Shown here one piece after another: positions 45,972 through 56,516 of a stretch of DNA of 64,000 nucleotides. Position 1 is the stretch's first letter; each line of letters starts with the position of its first letter. The DNA is from an uncultured Ruminococcus sp. Lineage in GTDB: Bacteria > Bacillota > Clostridia > Oscillospirales > Ruminococcaceae. Both the position numbers and the translations under genes were made by a program. The notes below the pieces were generated by a model. It was given only the letters and a program-made list of their open reading frames with translations. It did no database searches and was not told the origin of the DNA. The stretch is taken from contig CAYNPW010000002.1 of the NCBI GenBank assembly GCA_964399215.1, positions 41,554 through 105,553 of the forward strand. Reading direction: 5' to 3'.

Positions 45972-47096
45972 GTGTATTTAAAAGGGAGTGAACAAAAGAT
46001 AGGACAAGCATTAAAAAAGAATATGAAATATGTGCTGAATATCGGATTTATTGTCCTTATCTGCTGGCTGACCTTCAGGCTGCTGTTTTCCGGACAGGAA
46101 TTTTCCGCTATTCTTGAAGATCTGCACAACGCTGATCCCCGCTGGCTTATCATGGGACTGCTGCTTGCTTTCATGTTTGTGGCGGGTGAGAGCAGTATTA
46201 TATACTATATGCTGAGAGTTTTGGGACAGAAAACGAGATTTTTTCGATGTTTGAAATACTCCTTTATAGGATTTTTCTTCAGCTATATAACACCCTCCTC
46301 CTCAGGGGGGCAGCCTGCTCAGATGTATTATATGAAAAAGGACGGAGTCAAAATAGGCTTTTCCACGCTTATAATGCTGGTTATTACTATTGCCTACAAG
46401 GCGGTTCTTATCATACTTGGACTTGTATTTTTAATTTTCAACTGTTCGCTTATAGCAGATCATGTAGGTAAAATGGGGTGGCTGCTGGCAGTTGGTTTTG
46501 TGCTGAATATTGCATTTATAATAGTTCTTGCGGCTGTATTCGTCAAGCCTGTATGGGCGAGAAAGGCAGGTATAAAAATAGTAAATCTGCTGACGTATAT
46601 TAAGATCGTCAAGCTAAAAAACAATCAGAGGTACATTGAAAAAATCACAAGAATATGCGACACCTATACCATTGGCGCAGAGTATATAAAAAATAATTTA
46701 CATACGGTTGTGAATGTGTTTCTCATAACCACGGTTCAGCGGCTTTCGCTTTTTACGATTACATGGATAGTGTACAAATCATATGGTCTGAGCGGTTACG
46801 GGATACTTTCCGTGATAGCTTTGCAGACTATGATAGGCATAAGCGTGGAAATGCTTCCTCTGCCGGGAGCCGCCGGAATTACCGAGGGCTGCTTTATGGT
46901 GATATTTGACAGGATATTCGGCAAGGAGCTTGTGAGTCCGGCATTGCTTTTAAGCCGAGGAATGAGTTTTTATGCTGTGCTTATTGCAGGCGGACTCGTC
47001 ACATTTGCGGCGCACATAATCATATTAAAACGCGATAAAAAAATCTATGCCGACGATAGTTCGGCGGGAATAGCGCAAGATAAAAAGAAGGGATAA
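45972..47096 (+). CDS. flippase-like / lysyl-PG-synthase TM-domain family protein (UPF0104, YbhN-like)
   Basis: About 8 TM helices. The motif FFSYITPSSSGGQPAQMYYM is typical of the family. The start is uncertain (GTG 45972 or ATG 46023). Confidence 0.6.
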   Translation: MYLKGSEQKIGQALKKNMKYVLNIGFIVLICWLTFRLLFSGQEFSAILEDLHNADPRWLIMGLLLAFMFVAGESSIIYYMLRVLGQKTRFFRCLKYSFIGFFFSYITPSSSGGQPAQMYYMKKDGVKIGFSTLIMLVITIAYKAVLIILGLVFLIFNCSLIADHVGKMGWLLAVGFVLNIAFIIVLAAVFVKPVWARKAGIKIVNLLTYIKIVKLKNNQRYIEKITRICDTYTIGAEYIKNNLHTVVNVFLITTVQRLSLFTITWIVYKSYGLSGYGILSVIALQTMIGISVEMLPLPGAAGITEGCFMVIFDRIFGKELVSPALLLSRGMSFYAVLIAGGLVTFAAHIIILKRDKKIYADDSSAGIAQDKKKG

Positions 47097-47098
47097 AA

Positions 47099-47728
47099 AT
47101 GATAGGATTTTATAATTATTCGGTAATACTGACTTACATAGGACTTGTTTCTTCGGTTTTCGGTATTACTCAGATATTTGAAGGGCACGAATCCATAGCT
47201 TTTCTGTGTTTGCTGCTGTCGGGAATATGTGATTTATTTGACGGCAGGATTGCCAGAAGCATGAAGAACAGAACAGAGCATGAAAAGGTTTTCGGAATAC
47301 AGATCGACTCGCTGTGCGATCTGGTATGCTTCGGAGTTTTTCCTGCTGTTATCGGTTACCATTACCAGTCGGTTTATCCGCTGAAGCTTGTAGCGTCGAT
47401 ACTTATTGTGCTTTGCGCTGTTATAAGGCTTGGCTATTTCAACGTTATGGAGGAGGAAAGGCAGCGGACTACCGAAGAAAACCGTAAGGAGTACGAGGGA
47501 TTGCCTGTAACGACGGTTTCGATCATTCTTCCGTTGCTTTATCTTGGCAAGCATAATATTCCCGGTTCGATTTTTCCCTATATTTTTCATGGGTTTATGA
47601 TACTTATTTCAATGCTGTTTATTATGCGAATAAATGTTAAAAAGCTTTCGCTGAAAGGTATTTTTCTGCTGTTCACAATGGGGATTATTATTATTCTGGG
47701 CTATCTGAAGGTCAATCAGATAATATAG
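47099..47728 (+). CDS. pssA: CDP-diacylglycerol--serine O-phosphatidyltransferase (CDP-alcohol phosphatidyltransferase family)
   Basis: The DG-x2-AR...G-x3-D-x3-D motif is present in DLFDGRIARS...FGIQIDSLCDLVCFG. It sits immediately upstream of psd. Confidence 0.75.
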   Translation: MIGFYNYSVILTYIGLVSSVFGITQIFEGHESIAFLCLLLSGICDLFDGRIARSMKNRTEHEKVFGIQIDSLCDLVCFGVFPAVIGYHYQSVYPLKLVASILIVLCAVIRLGYFNVMEEERQRTTEENRKEYEGLPVTTVSIILPLLYLGKHNIPGSIFPYIFHGFMILISMLFIMRINVKKLSLKGIFLLFTMGIIIILGYLKVNQII

Positions 47729-47740
47729 GAGGAAGAATTT

Positions 47741-48610
47741 ATGAAATACAGAGACAGACAGGGCAGAACTTATGAAAAAACCACGTCTCAGGACGCCTTT
47801 CTTGCTGAGGCTTACAACTCGGCGTTGGGCAGGTGGCTTATGAAATTTCTTTCTCTGCCGATATTTTCAAAGTGCCTTAGGTATATACTGAACAGCAAGC
47901 TATCTGCCGGATTTGTATACGAATTTGCCGAAAGGAACGGGATAGACCTGTTTGATTACGAGCAGAGAAATTTTACATCCTTCAACGACTTTTTTACCAG
48001 AAAAATAAAGACGGGCAGGCGTTTTGTCACTGCTGACGACAGCGTGCTTGTATCTCCTGCGGACGGTAAGGTATCTGCTTATGAGATCACAAATTCAAAT
48101 TTTTTTGTTATAAAGAATTCTGTCTACAATGTCGACAGTCTGCTGAGAGACAAAAAGCTCTCTTCAAGATATATGGGCGGATATGCTCTTATTATAAGGC
48201 TTTCCGTGGACGATTATCACAGATATATTTATCCCTGCAGCGGCGTCAAGAGTCATGACAGGCACATTAAGGGATTTCTGCATACAGTAAATCCTGTGGT
48301 CAACAGATATATACCTGTATATAAAGAGAACAGCAGAACTTACTGTATGCTGAGGAGCGATAATTTCGGGGATATTATACAAATGGAAGTGGGCGCTCTT
48401 ATGGTAGGGAAAATCAGCAATGCAAACAGCGGAAAATGTAAAGTCCGCAGAGGAGAGGAAAAGGGTTATTTTGAGTTCGGCGGTTCCACGATCGTGCTTT
48501 TGCTCGAAAAGGATAAGGCTGAAATATGTGGCGATTTGATCAGAAACACTCTCGAGGGCTGTGAGACTACTATAAGACAGGGCGATGCTCTGGCGGTAAG
48601 AAAATATTAA
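47741..48610 (+). CDS. psd: phosphatidylserine decarboxylase proenzyme
   Basis: 289 aa. FNDFFTR, PADG, DYHRYIYP and the self-cleavage G-S-T site in FEFGGSTIVLL. Confidence 0.85.
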   Translation: MKYRDRQGRTYEKTTSQDAFLAEAYNSALGRWLMKFLSLPIFSKCLRYILNSKLSAGFVYEFAERNGIDLFDYEQRNFTSFNDFFTRKIKTGRRFVTADDSVLVSPADGKVSAYEITNSNFFVIKNSVYNVDSLLRDKKLSSRYMGGYALIIRLSVDDYHRYIYPCSGVKSHDRHIKGFLHTVNPVVNRYIPVYKENSRTYCMLRSDNFGDIIQMEVGALMVGKISNANSGKCKVRRGEEKGYFEFGGSTIVLLLEKDKAEICGDLIRNTLEGCETTIRQGDALAVRKY

Positions 48611-48650
48611 TGAAAATAAAAATCAAAGGATAAAAACAGGAGGTATATCT

Positions 48651-50621
48651 GTGGAAAAGCTTGATATACAGCGAATTGACCGGGATTATTTTTACGGAGG
48701 GAATGACCTTGGCGCGCATATCTGCGAGGGACGTACGATGTTCAAAACGTGGTCTCCCTATGCGACGGGCGTGTATCTTAACCTTTACCTTGACGGAGAG
48801 GGAGACAATAAGATCGAGACCCTGCCTATGGAGAAAATTGAAAACGGCATATGGTATGTGGAGCTTTTTCGTAACTGCGACGGAGAATTCTATACTTATT
48901 CATATGAATTCAACTACGGCAAGCCGCAGGAGACTGTAGATATTTATGCAAAGGCTTGCGGCGTTAACGGAAACAGAGGAGCGGTAGTGGACTTTGAAAC
49001 GACAAATCCTGTCGGCTGGGACAGCGTTCCCAGACCTAAGTGCAAAAGCTCCTGCGACGCCATAGTCTACGAATGTCATGTCAGGGATTTTTCCGCAGAT
49101 CTCAGCTCGGGCGTCTGTTCTAAGTACAGAGGTAAATTTCTCGGCTTTTGCCAGAGCCGCACCCGTTTTAACGGTATAGAAACTTGTCTTGACCATTTGA
49201 AAGAGCTGGGTGTTACTCATGTTCATTTTCTTCCTGTGGCGGACTATGCAACCGTTGACGAGAGCAGACCCGATAAGGCTCAGTATAACTGGGGCTATGA
49301 TCCGAAGAATTATAACTGTCTTGAGGGCTCTTATTCTACTGATCCCACAGACCCTAAGTGCAGAATAAAAGAGTTCAAGCAGCTTGTCATGACATTGCAC
49401 AAAAACGGTATCGGAGTAATTATGGACGTGGTTTACAACCATACATACTTTACTGAGGAGTCCTCCTTTGAAAAGGCTTTTCCGGGGTACTATCACAGAG
49501 TTCGTGAAGACGGTACGTTCTCAAACGGCTCGGGCTGCGGAAACGAAACGGCTTCCGATCATTTAATGATGAGAAAGTTTATGATCGATTCACTGAAATT
49601 CTGGGCAACGGAATACAAGATTGACGGTTTCCGTTTCGATCTTATGGCCCTGCACGACATTGAAACTATCAATATTATCAGAGACGAGCTTAATAAAATC
49701 GATCCCGAACTGCTGATGTACGGTGAGGGCTGGACGGGCGGAGAGTCGCCTATGTCGTCAGAAAAGCTTGCATACAAGTGGAATTCCTATAGCTTCGGCA
49801 GAGTGGGACTTTTCAACGACAACATCAGGGACGCATGTAAGGGAGGAACCTTCAATCCCTACGATATGGGGTTTATAAGCGGAAACAAGAATGCTGCGTC
49901 TATACTCAGGAGAGGAATTGCTGGCTCTGTGCCTCATCATCAGCTCAATTATGCGACAGAGGCATGTTGGGCGTTCGAGCCAACTCAGGCAGTGAATTAC
50001 TGTGAGGCTCATGATAATAATACTTTATGGGATAAATTGCAGATCTCGGGCAAAGGACATTATTCCGAAGCCGACTTGGTTAAAATGGATAAGCTTGCGG
50101 CGGCGATAATTATTCTGTCTCAGGGTATGCCGTTTATCCAGTTGGGACAGGACTTTTTAAGAACTAAGCCGAGAATACTGAACGAGGGGGAAGAACCCAA
50201 CGATGTGAATGTTTTCTCACACGACAGCTATAATGCGCCTGATTTTACAAACTCAATAAAATGGGGGCGCAAGCGTGAATACAAGGGCGTTTTCGATTAC
50301 TACAAGGCTTTGATAAAGCTGAGGAAGTCAAGTCCGCTGTTCAGAATGACTACTAAAGAGGACGTAGGCGCACATTTGCAGTTTATTGACAGCGGAGATT
50401 GGAATTTTGTTGTCTGGAAGCTGGAGGACGATAGGGAATGTTATATAATCGCACTTAATCCGTTTACAGATGACAGATATTTTAACCTGCCGTTTGGCGA
50501 ATATGAGAAGGTTCTGGACGAGAACGGAAAGAGAGAGGAAAACAGCTGCTATCAGGGAGGAGTTAAGATTCCCCCGCTGTCTGCCGCAGTTTTTAAAAGG
50601 AGATGTTTTGAGTGTGTTTGA
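48651..50621 (+). CDS. pulA: type I pullulanase (GH13)
   Basis: YNWGYDP signature. GH13 regions are MDVVYNHT, GFRFDLM, YGEGW and EAHDN. GTG start 7 nt after AGGAGG. Confidence 0.9.
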   Translation: MEKLDIQRIDRDYFYGGNDLGAHICEGRTMFKTWSPYATGVYLNLYLDGEGDNKIETLPMEKIENGIWYVELFRNCDGEFYTYSYEFNYGKPQETVDIYAKACGVNGNRGAVVDFETTNPVGWDSVPRPKCKSSCDAIVYECHVRDFSADLSSGVCSKYRGKFLGFCQSRTRFNGIETCLDHLKELGVTHVHFLPVADYATVDESRPDKAQYNWGYDPKNYNCLEGSYSTDPTDPKCRIKEFKQLVMTLHKNGIGVIMDVVYNHTYFTEESSFEKAFPGYYHRVREDGTFSNGSGCGNETASDHLMMRKFMIDSLKFWATEYKIDGFRFDLMALHDIETINIIRDELNKIDPELLMYGEGWTGGESPMSSEKLAYKWNSYSFGRVGLFNDNIRDACKGGTFNPYDMGFISGNKNAASILRRGIAGSVPHHQLNYATEACWAFEPTQAVNYCEAHDNNTLWDKLQISGKGHYSEADLVKMDKLAAAIIILSQGMPFIQLGQDFLRTKPRILNEGEEPNDVNVFSHDSYNAPDFTNSIKWGRKREYKGVFDYYKALIKLRKSSPLFRMTTKEDVGAHLQFIDSGDWNFVVWKLEDDRECYIIALNPFTDDRYFNLPFGEYEKVLDENGKREENSCYQGGVKIPPLSAAVFKRRCFECV

Positions 50622-50868
50622 TAAACATCCTAAAATAAGAATCTTTTTTGTTATAATCTATTTATTGTCTGTTTTCATGTTTTGGGATAAAAGTAATCCG
50701 ATCGTTTTCAATATTTTTCTTGCAGCTCTTATGTTATTATGTGTATATATATCATTAGTGAAAGCAAATGTGGTGAAGGATAAAAATTCAGAAAAAATAA
50801 ATACAATTGCTTTTGATATTAGCAGTATTATGTTCTTGACTTTATTGATAACTTCATTTTTTAACTAA
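50608..50868 (+). CDS. possible small membrane protein (86 aa)
   Basis: TTG start 5 nt after AAAGGAG, overlapping the end of pulA. Two or three hydrophobic helices, AT-rich. No family recognised. Confidence 0.35.
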   Translation: MSVFDKHPKIRIFFVIIYLLSVFMFWDKSNPIVFNIFLAALMLLCVYISLVKANVVKDKNSEKINTIAFDISSIMFLTLLITSFFN

Positions 50869-51113
50869 GTGAGTAAATAAAAAGGCGCACAAGGTCATTT
50901 GACAATGTGCGCTCTTTGTATATCAGACTTGTTTTTTATACTGCGAAACATAGGCTATTTTGTCTTTTCGGAGACATTCTTTGGCTGATTGTCTACAGTA
51001 AGTAAACGAAAAGATGAATTTGATTTTGTCTGAGTCCAAAATTACATGTTATCTATGTGTTTCGGCTTTTTCTGTTCCTTGCATCAGTCTGTTGCAATTT
51101 ATTCTTTTTAGCT

Positions 51114-51773
51114 TTAAATCAGCTGCTCACGCATTTTTGCCAGTATCTTTTTTTCACGTCTAGATACCTGAACCTGCGTCATTCCCAGTATCTGTGCTGT
51201 CTGTACCTGTGTTTTGCTACGGTAATACCGCAGAAAAATTAGCTGTCTGTCCGCAGGCTCAAGAGTACATAAAGCTTGATCCAAAGAAAGACGGTCAGTT
51301 ATTTCCTCGTCGGGAGCGGCTACAGGTACGTCTATTTGACCTCCGCCGTCCTCTTCGTCGTTTCCTGTCAGGCTCATGGGCGGCAGGGCTACGTTCAGAG
51401 CCTCAACCACAGCCTCAGGATCTTCTCCCGAAAGCTCGCAGAGCTCGGATACAGTAGGTTCCCGGCTCTCCTTTATCATAAATCGCTCTCGCAGGCGTGT
51501 GATCCTCATTGACAGCTCTTTTGCACTGCGTGATACCTTGATCGTTCCGCCGTCTCTGAAAAGGCGTTTTATTTCCCCTAAAATAACAGGAACAGCATAT
51601 GTGGAAAACTTCACGCCCCGTTCAGCGTCAAACGCCTTTGCCGCCTTGATAAGACCTATACAGCCTGCGCCGTAAAGGTCGTCATATTCTATTCCCCGCC
51701 CCCGAAAACGATTGGCGCACAGATGTACAAGCCCCAGATTTTCTTCCGCAAGGGGAGTTTTCAATTCGTTCAT
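51114..51773 (-). CDS. sigF: sporulation sigma factor SigF
   Basis: Sigma-70 regions 2-4 (DDLYGAGCIGLIKAAKAFD..FSTYAVPVILGEIKRLFRDGGTIKVSRS ... QILGMTQVQVSRREKKIL). It lies directly after spoIIAA-spoIIAB with a 4 nt overlap. Confidence 0.85.
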   Translation of the reverse strand: MNELKTPLAEENLGLVHLCANRFRGRGIEYDDLYGAGCIGLIKAAKAFDAERGVKFSTYAVPVILGEIKRLFRDGGTIKVSRSAKELSMRITRLRERFMIKESREPTVSELCELSGEDPEAVVEALNVALPPMSLTGNDEEDGGGQIDVPVAAPDEEITDRLSLDQALCTLEPADRQLIFLRYYRSKTQVQTAQILGMTQVQVSRREKKILAKMREQLI

Positions 51774-52228
51774 AATCTTGACTTTCTTGATTTTACCGTT
51801 CTTTCCAACACAAGGGTAGTACCCTTGCCAAGCTTGCTTTTAACTCTTACTTGTTCCATAAAGGTTTCCATTATTGCAAAACCCAGTCCTGCGCGGTCGT
51901 CCTCAGGCGCGGTAGTGAACAGCGGTTCTCTTGCCTGCTCGATATTTTCAATACCGCAGCCCTTATCTTGGATTTTTATGTAAATACGTCCGCCTTGGAA
52001 AATTTTTACCTGCAAAAGTACCGTTCCTACAGTTCCCCTATAACCGTGAACTATAGCATTGGTCACACCCTCGGAAACTGCGGTTTTGATGTCGGAAAGC
52101 TCGTCTATACAAGGATCTAGCTGAGACAGAAAGCCGCTGACGGCTATGCGTGCGAAGCGTTCGTTCTCTGAATAGCTGGGAAAGATAAGCTTCATTTCGT
52201 TAATTGGCTGCTGCCGCGTTCTGCTCAT
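51770..52228 (-). CDS. spoIIAB: anti-sigma F factor (serine protein kinase SpoIIAB)
   Basis: ENERFARIAVSGFLSQLDP, the N-box VSEGVTNAIVHGY and the G-boxes DKGCGI and RAGLGFAIME. AAGGAGG lies 9 nt before ATG 52228. Confidence 0.85.
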   Translation of the reverse strand: MSRTRQQPINEMKLIFPSYSENERFARIAVSGFLSQLDPCIDELSDIKTAVSEGVTNAIVHGYRGTVGTVLLQVKIFQGGRIYIKIQDKGCGIENIEQAREPLFTTAPEDDRAGLGFAIMETFMEQVRVKSKLGKGTTLVLERTVKSRKSRL

Positions 52229-52619
52229 TGGATGTAACCTCCTTATTTTCTTCAGAAATTTCCTCTTTTGGGATAAGAGGGGAAATGTTATCGGTTATAC
52301 GCGCAAGCTTGTCTACACCCGCAATGCGCAGAACCTTTCTTATATAATTGGGGGGAGAGGCGATAATAACTTCGCCGTCGTAGTCCTGCATAAGCTTGTA
52401 GCGTCCCATTATAAGCCCTATACCTGAGCTGTCCATAAAGGTCACGCCCGAAAAATCGATGATAAGTCTGTGAGGGCGGGAAGATATTATTTCACGGTCT
52501 ATCTCGCCTCGTATGAGTTTAGCGGTATGATGATCCAGATCTCCTTTGATTTTAGCCACACATACGCCGGAACTTGTTGACGTCGTTACGCCGCTATGAG
52601 TAGAGCTCTCAGAGTTCAT
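52200..52619 (-). CDS. spoIIAA: anti-sigma F factor antagonist SpoIIAA (STAS domain) with N- and C-terminal extensions
   Basis: STAS core with the phosphorylatable serine motif FMDSSGIGLI. About 20 extra Ser/Thr-rich residues at the N-terminus and about 25 acidic residues at the C-terminus. Confidence 0.8.
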   Translation of the reverse strand: MNSESSTHSGVTTSTSSGVCVAKIKGDLDHHTAKLIRGEIDREIISSRPHRLIIDFSGVTFMDSSGIGLIMGRYKLMQDYDGEVIIASPPNYIRKVLRIAGVDKLARITDNISPLIPKEEISEENKEVTSNEQNAAAAN

Positions 52620-52971
52620 AATTTATCAGTCCTTTCGTTTTTATGAAGTGATTATATTGTAGCACGGAATATGAGCGTAAAATGTCATATTGAGGGTAAG
52701 AACATATAAAAGGACTGTATCTATGCAGCATAATTTTTGTATGTGAGTGATTTTATTTTCGGATATCCTCCGTACTTTTGGGAACAGTGATAAAATGCCC
52801 CCATAATATCGGCTTTAATGCTTTTCGGTAACATGGTCTGTACTTGACAGCCTTTACAATAGACTAGCAGAAGTCGATATATGATTTAATATCCTTCCGC
52901 GCTGTGTGCTCTCTGCATCCGATACGGATTTTTCTTCTGTGTGAAAATATTAAAATGCAACGGCTAAAACC

Positions 52972-53000
52972 TTGACTTTTACAGTAAGATAGTGTATAAT
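52972..53000 (+). promoter_or_regulatory. sigma-A-type promoter TTGACT-17-TATAAT for secA
   Basis: TTGACT at 52972..52977 and TATAAT at 52995..53000, with a 17 nt spacer. Confidence 0.55.
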
Positions 53001-53082
53001 ATAATAGTGTTTTTATACATATTAATCGTATTAACAAAAACAGGGGATCATCCCCGTGATACAAAATAAAGGTGGCTAGAGA

Positions 53083-55800
53083 ATGGGATTACTTGACAAA
53101 ATCTTCGGCAACTACTCTAAAAAGGAGCTTGCCAAAATTGAACCGATAAAAAACAAGGTTCTTGAACTGGAAGAAAAATATGCGGCTATGTCCGATACTG
53201 AACTGGGAGAGCAGACCGCTGTCCTCAGAAGTAAGCTGGACGAGCTTTCAACACTTGACGACGTTCTGCCCGAGGCTCTTGCAGTATGCCGTGAGGCGGC
53301 TTTCAGAGTGCTGGGCAAAAAGCCTTATCCTGTGCAGATAATCGGCGCTATCGTTCTTCATCAGGGACGTATCGCTGAAATGAAAACCGGTGAAGGTAAA
53401 ACTCTGGTTGCTTGTCTGGCGGCGTACGCTAACTCGTTGTCCGGTAAGGGAGTTCATGTCGTTACGGTCAACGATTATCTTGCAAAGTTCCAGTCTGAGG
53501 AAATGGGCAAGGTATTCAATTTCCTCAATACCTCTATCGGCTGTGTGCTGACGGGCATGAACAAGGAGGAAAAGAGAGCCGCTTATAATGCCGATATTAC
53601 TTACGGTACAAACAACGAGTTCGGTTTTGACTATCTGAGAGATAATATGGTCAACTATAAAAAGGATAAGGTACAGAGAGAGCATACCTTTGCTATTGTG
53701 GACGAGGTAGACTCTATCCTTATCGACGAGGCAAGAACCCCTCTTATCATTTCGCAACCTGGAGATAAGTCAACCCAGCTTTATACTCTTGCAGACAGAT
53801 TTGCAAAGACGCTGAAAGCCGTAACAGTCGTTGAAATGGACGATAAGGCGGATAACGATCTGCTTGACGGAGACTATATCATAGATGAAAAGGCAAAGAC
53901 TGCTACTCTTACAAAGAGCGGCGTTAAAAAGGCTGAAAAGGCATTTAATGTTATCAATCTTATGGACGCCGACAATATGACTCTTGCACATCACATCAAT
54001 CAGGCTATCAAGGCTAACGGCGTTATGAAAAACGGCGTTGACTATATTGTTAAGGACGGAGAGGTTCTTATCGTTGACGAGTTCACAGGACGTGTAATGG
54101 ACGGCAGACGTTTCAACGACGGACTTCATCAGGCCATTGAAGCTAAAGAAAAGGTTGAGGTCAAGAGAGAATCCAAGACCATTGCAACCATAACATATCA
54201 GAATTATTTTAGGCTTTACGGCAAGCTTTCGGGTATGACGGGTACCGCTTTAACCGAGGAGGACGAGTTCAGAGAGATCTACAAACTGGACGTTATCGAG
54301 GTTCCTACCAACAAACCCGTTATCAGAGTGGATCATCCCGACGTTGTTTACAAGACCGAAAAGGGTAAGTTCAACGCCGTTATCGAGCAGATAATCGAGT
54401 GCCACAAAAAGGGACAGCCGGTGCTTGTGGGTACGGTTTCCATTGAAAAGTCAGAGTATCTTTCAAGACTGCTGAAAAACAAAGGTGTAAAGCACGAAGT
54501 CCTTAACGCTAAATATCATGATCGAGAGGCTATGATAGTCGCTCAGGCAGGTAAGTACGGCGCCGTGACCATTGCTACAAATATGGCAGGCCGCGGTACG
54601 GATATCATGCTGGGCGGAAACGCAGAATATATGTCTTTAGCGCAGCTCCGGAAGGAGGGCTATACCGAGGAACAGGCTGTTGAGGCGGCAAGCTTTTCAA
54701 ATACTCAGGATGAAGAAATTCTCACTGCAAGAAAGAGATACAGAGAGCTTTACGCAAAATATACTGATGAGATCAAGGAAAAAGCTGACAAGGTAAGAGA
54801 AGCGGGCGGACTTTATATCATAGGTACTGAAAGACACGAGTCAAGACGTATTGACAATCAGCTCAGAGGACGTTCGGGACGTCAGGGCGATCCGGGAGAG
54901 AGCACATTCTTCCTTTCACTCGAGGACGATCTTATGAGGATTTTCGGCGGCGATAAGATAACAGGCATGATGGATACTCTTAATGTGGACGAGAATACGC
55001 CTATCCAGTCGAAAATGCTTTCAAGCGTTATAGAGTCCTCGCAGAAGAAGATCGAGGGCAGAAACTTCAATATAAGAAAGAACGTACTGAACTACGACGA
55101 TGTTATGAATACTCAGCGTGAGATCATATACGGTCAGAGGCAGAAGGTTTTGGACGGCGAGGATCTTCATGAGTATATCATAGATATGATAAAGGATTTT
55201 GTTACGGATTCTGTAGGTATGTACATTGTGGGCGAAATTCAGGACGAATGGAATTTGCAGGGTCTTAAAGAAAGACTTATGGGGCTTATTACAGTTGACG
55301 ATGACTTTAACTATACTCCTCAGGAGCTTGACGAGGTGACAAAGGAAAGCATTGAGGATATGCTTATCGAGAGAGCGTTGAAGATATACGACAAGCGTGA
55401 AGACGATCTGGGAACGGAACTCCTGCATGAGATAGAGAGGGTTTGTCTGCTTAAAGTCGTAGATACCAAGTGGATGGATCATATTGACGATATGGAGGAA
55501 CTCAAGAAGGGTATCGGACTGCGTTCATACGGTCAGAAGAATCCTGTTGTTGAGTACCGTATGGAGGGTATGGATATGTTTGACGCTATGATCGAGTCCA
55601 TACGCGAGGATACTGTAAGAATGCTGTTTACCATTCAGGTGAGAAGAAATAATGCAGCTCCTAAGCGCGAGGCTGTTTTTAAGCCTGCGGAGCATCATAA
55701 TATGGCTGTTCGAAAGGCAAATAAGGTAGGCAGAAACGATTTATGCCCCTGCGGCAGCGGAAAGAAATATAAGAATTGCTGCGGAGCTAACGATAAATAA
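53083..55800 (+). CDS. secA: preprotein translocase ATPase SecA
   Basis: 905 aa. DEAD-like motor ([39 protein letters not shown]) and the C-terminal zinc finger [14 protein letters not shown]. Confidence 0.95.
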   Translation: MGLLDKIFGNYSKKELAKIEPIKNKVLELEEKYAAMSDTELGEQTAVLRSKLDELSTLDDVLPEALAVCREAAFRVLGKKPYPVQIIGAIVLHQGRIAEMKTGEGKTLVACLAAYANSLSGKGVHVVTVNDYLAKFQSEEMGKVFNFLNTSIGCVLTGMNKEEKRAAYNADITYGTNNEFGFDYLRDNMVNYKKDKVQREHTFAIVDEVDSILIDEARTPLIISQPGDKSTQLYTLADRFAKTLKAVTVVEMDDKADNDLLDGDYIIDEKAKTATLTKSGVKKAEKAFNVINLMDADNMTLAHHINQAIKANGVMKNGVDYIVKDGEVLIVDEFTGRVMDGRRFNDGLHQAIEAKEKVEVKRESKTIATITYQNYFRLYGKLSGMTGTALTEEDEFREIYKLDVIEVPTNKPVIRVDHPDVVYKTEKGKFNAVIEQIIECHKKGQPVLVGTVSIEKSEYLSRLLKNKGVKHEVLNAKYHDREAMIVAQAGKYGAVTIATNMAGRGTDIMLGGNAEYMSLAQLRKEGYTEEQAVEAASFSNTQDEEILTARKRYRELYAKYTDEIKEKADKVREAGGLYIIGTERHESRRIDNQLRGRSGRQGDPGESTFFLSLEDDLMRIFGGDKITGMMDTLNVDENTPIQSKMLSSVIESSQKKIEGRNFNIRKNVLNYDDVMNTQREIIYGQRQKVLDGEDLHEYIIDMIKDFVTDSVGMYIVGEIQDEWNLQGLKERLMGLITVDDDFNYTPQELDEVTKESIEDMLIERALKIYDKREDDLGTELLHEIERVCLLKVVDTKWMDHIDDMEELKKGIGLRSYGQKNPVVEYRMEGMDMFDAMIESIREDTVRMLFTIQVRRNNAAPKREAVFKPAEHHNMAVRKANKVGRNDLCPCGSGKKYKNCCGANDK

Positions 55801-55810
55801 ATAATATGTA

Positions 55811-55845
55811 AAAACAGGACGGTAAAATGCCGTCCTGTTTTGGAA
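55811..55845 (+). terminator. rho-independent terminator after secA
   Basis: AAACAGGACGG (55812..55822) pairs with CCGTCCTGTTT (55830..55840), followed by TGG. Confidence 0.8.
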
Positions 55846-55880
55846 TAAGCAAAAAGAAAACGTTATCAGAGATATGGTGA

Positions 55881-56450
55881 ATGGTTATGAGCAGATGTCC
55901 GTACTGTGGTGAAAAACTTAAGAATGGAGAAGGCTGTACTCATTGCGGCGGACAGGTTCAAGCTTTCAGTGGATATGTGTATCAAAATCAGAAAAAAGAC
56001 TCCGACAGAATAAGCAAAACGGCTTATATACTGCTTTTTGAAGCGGCGGCTGTATTTGCGGCGTTTATAGTTCTGAGTCTGTTCGACTTCGGAGGATCGC
56101 AGGAGCTGTGGGAACGGTTAAACATAGGAAATATCTATATATACGAATTTGCGTTATTCTGTACAATTCAGGCTTTACAAACTGTTTTTTCAATACTGTC
56201 GCTTAAATTTTCATACTCTTTGGTATTCAAACGAGTTTTGAGAATAATTGTTCTTATAAGCAGCACGGTAATGATCGCTGTATTTTTCATCAGTGAGATG
56301 ATAGCCGTCGGATCTATTTTAACACTTGTTGGCTTGTTCTTTTTAGGAGACGCATTATGCCTTGGAGGTTATGCACTTTTGCTCATGGTTCTTCAGATAT
56401 TTATTGCTGTAACGGCTAATCTGAAGTGCGGGTTAAAGGATAATACATAA
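55881..56450 (+). CDS. zinc-ribbon (CPYC...CTHC) membrane protein, unknown function
   Basis: N-terminal RCPYCGEKLKNGEGCTHCGG followed by four hydrophobic helices. The start is ambiguous (55881 or 55887). Confidence 0.5.
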   Translation: MVMSRCPYCGEKLKNGEGCTHCGGQVQAFSGYVYQNQKKDSDRISKTAYILLFEAAAVFAAFIVLSLFDFGGSQELWERLNIGNIYIYEFALFCTIQALQTVFSILSLKFSYSLVFKRVLRIIVLISSTVMIAVFFISEMIAVGSILTLVGLFFLGDALCLGGYALLLMVLQIFIAVTANLKCGLKDNT

Positions 56451-56516
56451 TGCAAGATAAAATGCTTTTTACAGTTAAGCTGTAAGTGAAGAAAATTGGA
56501 GTTTACAGAGGTAATA

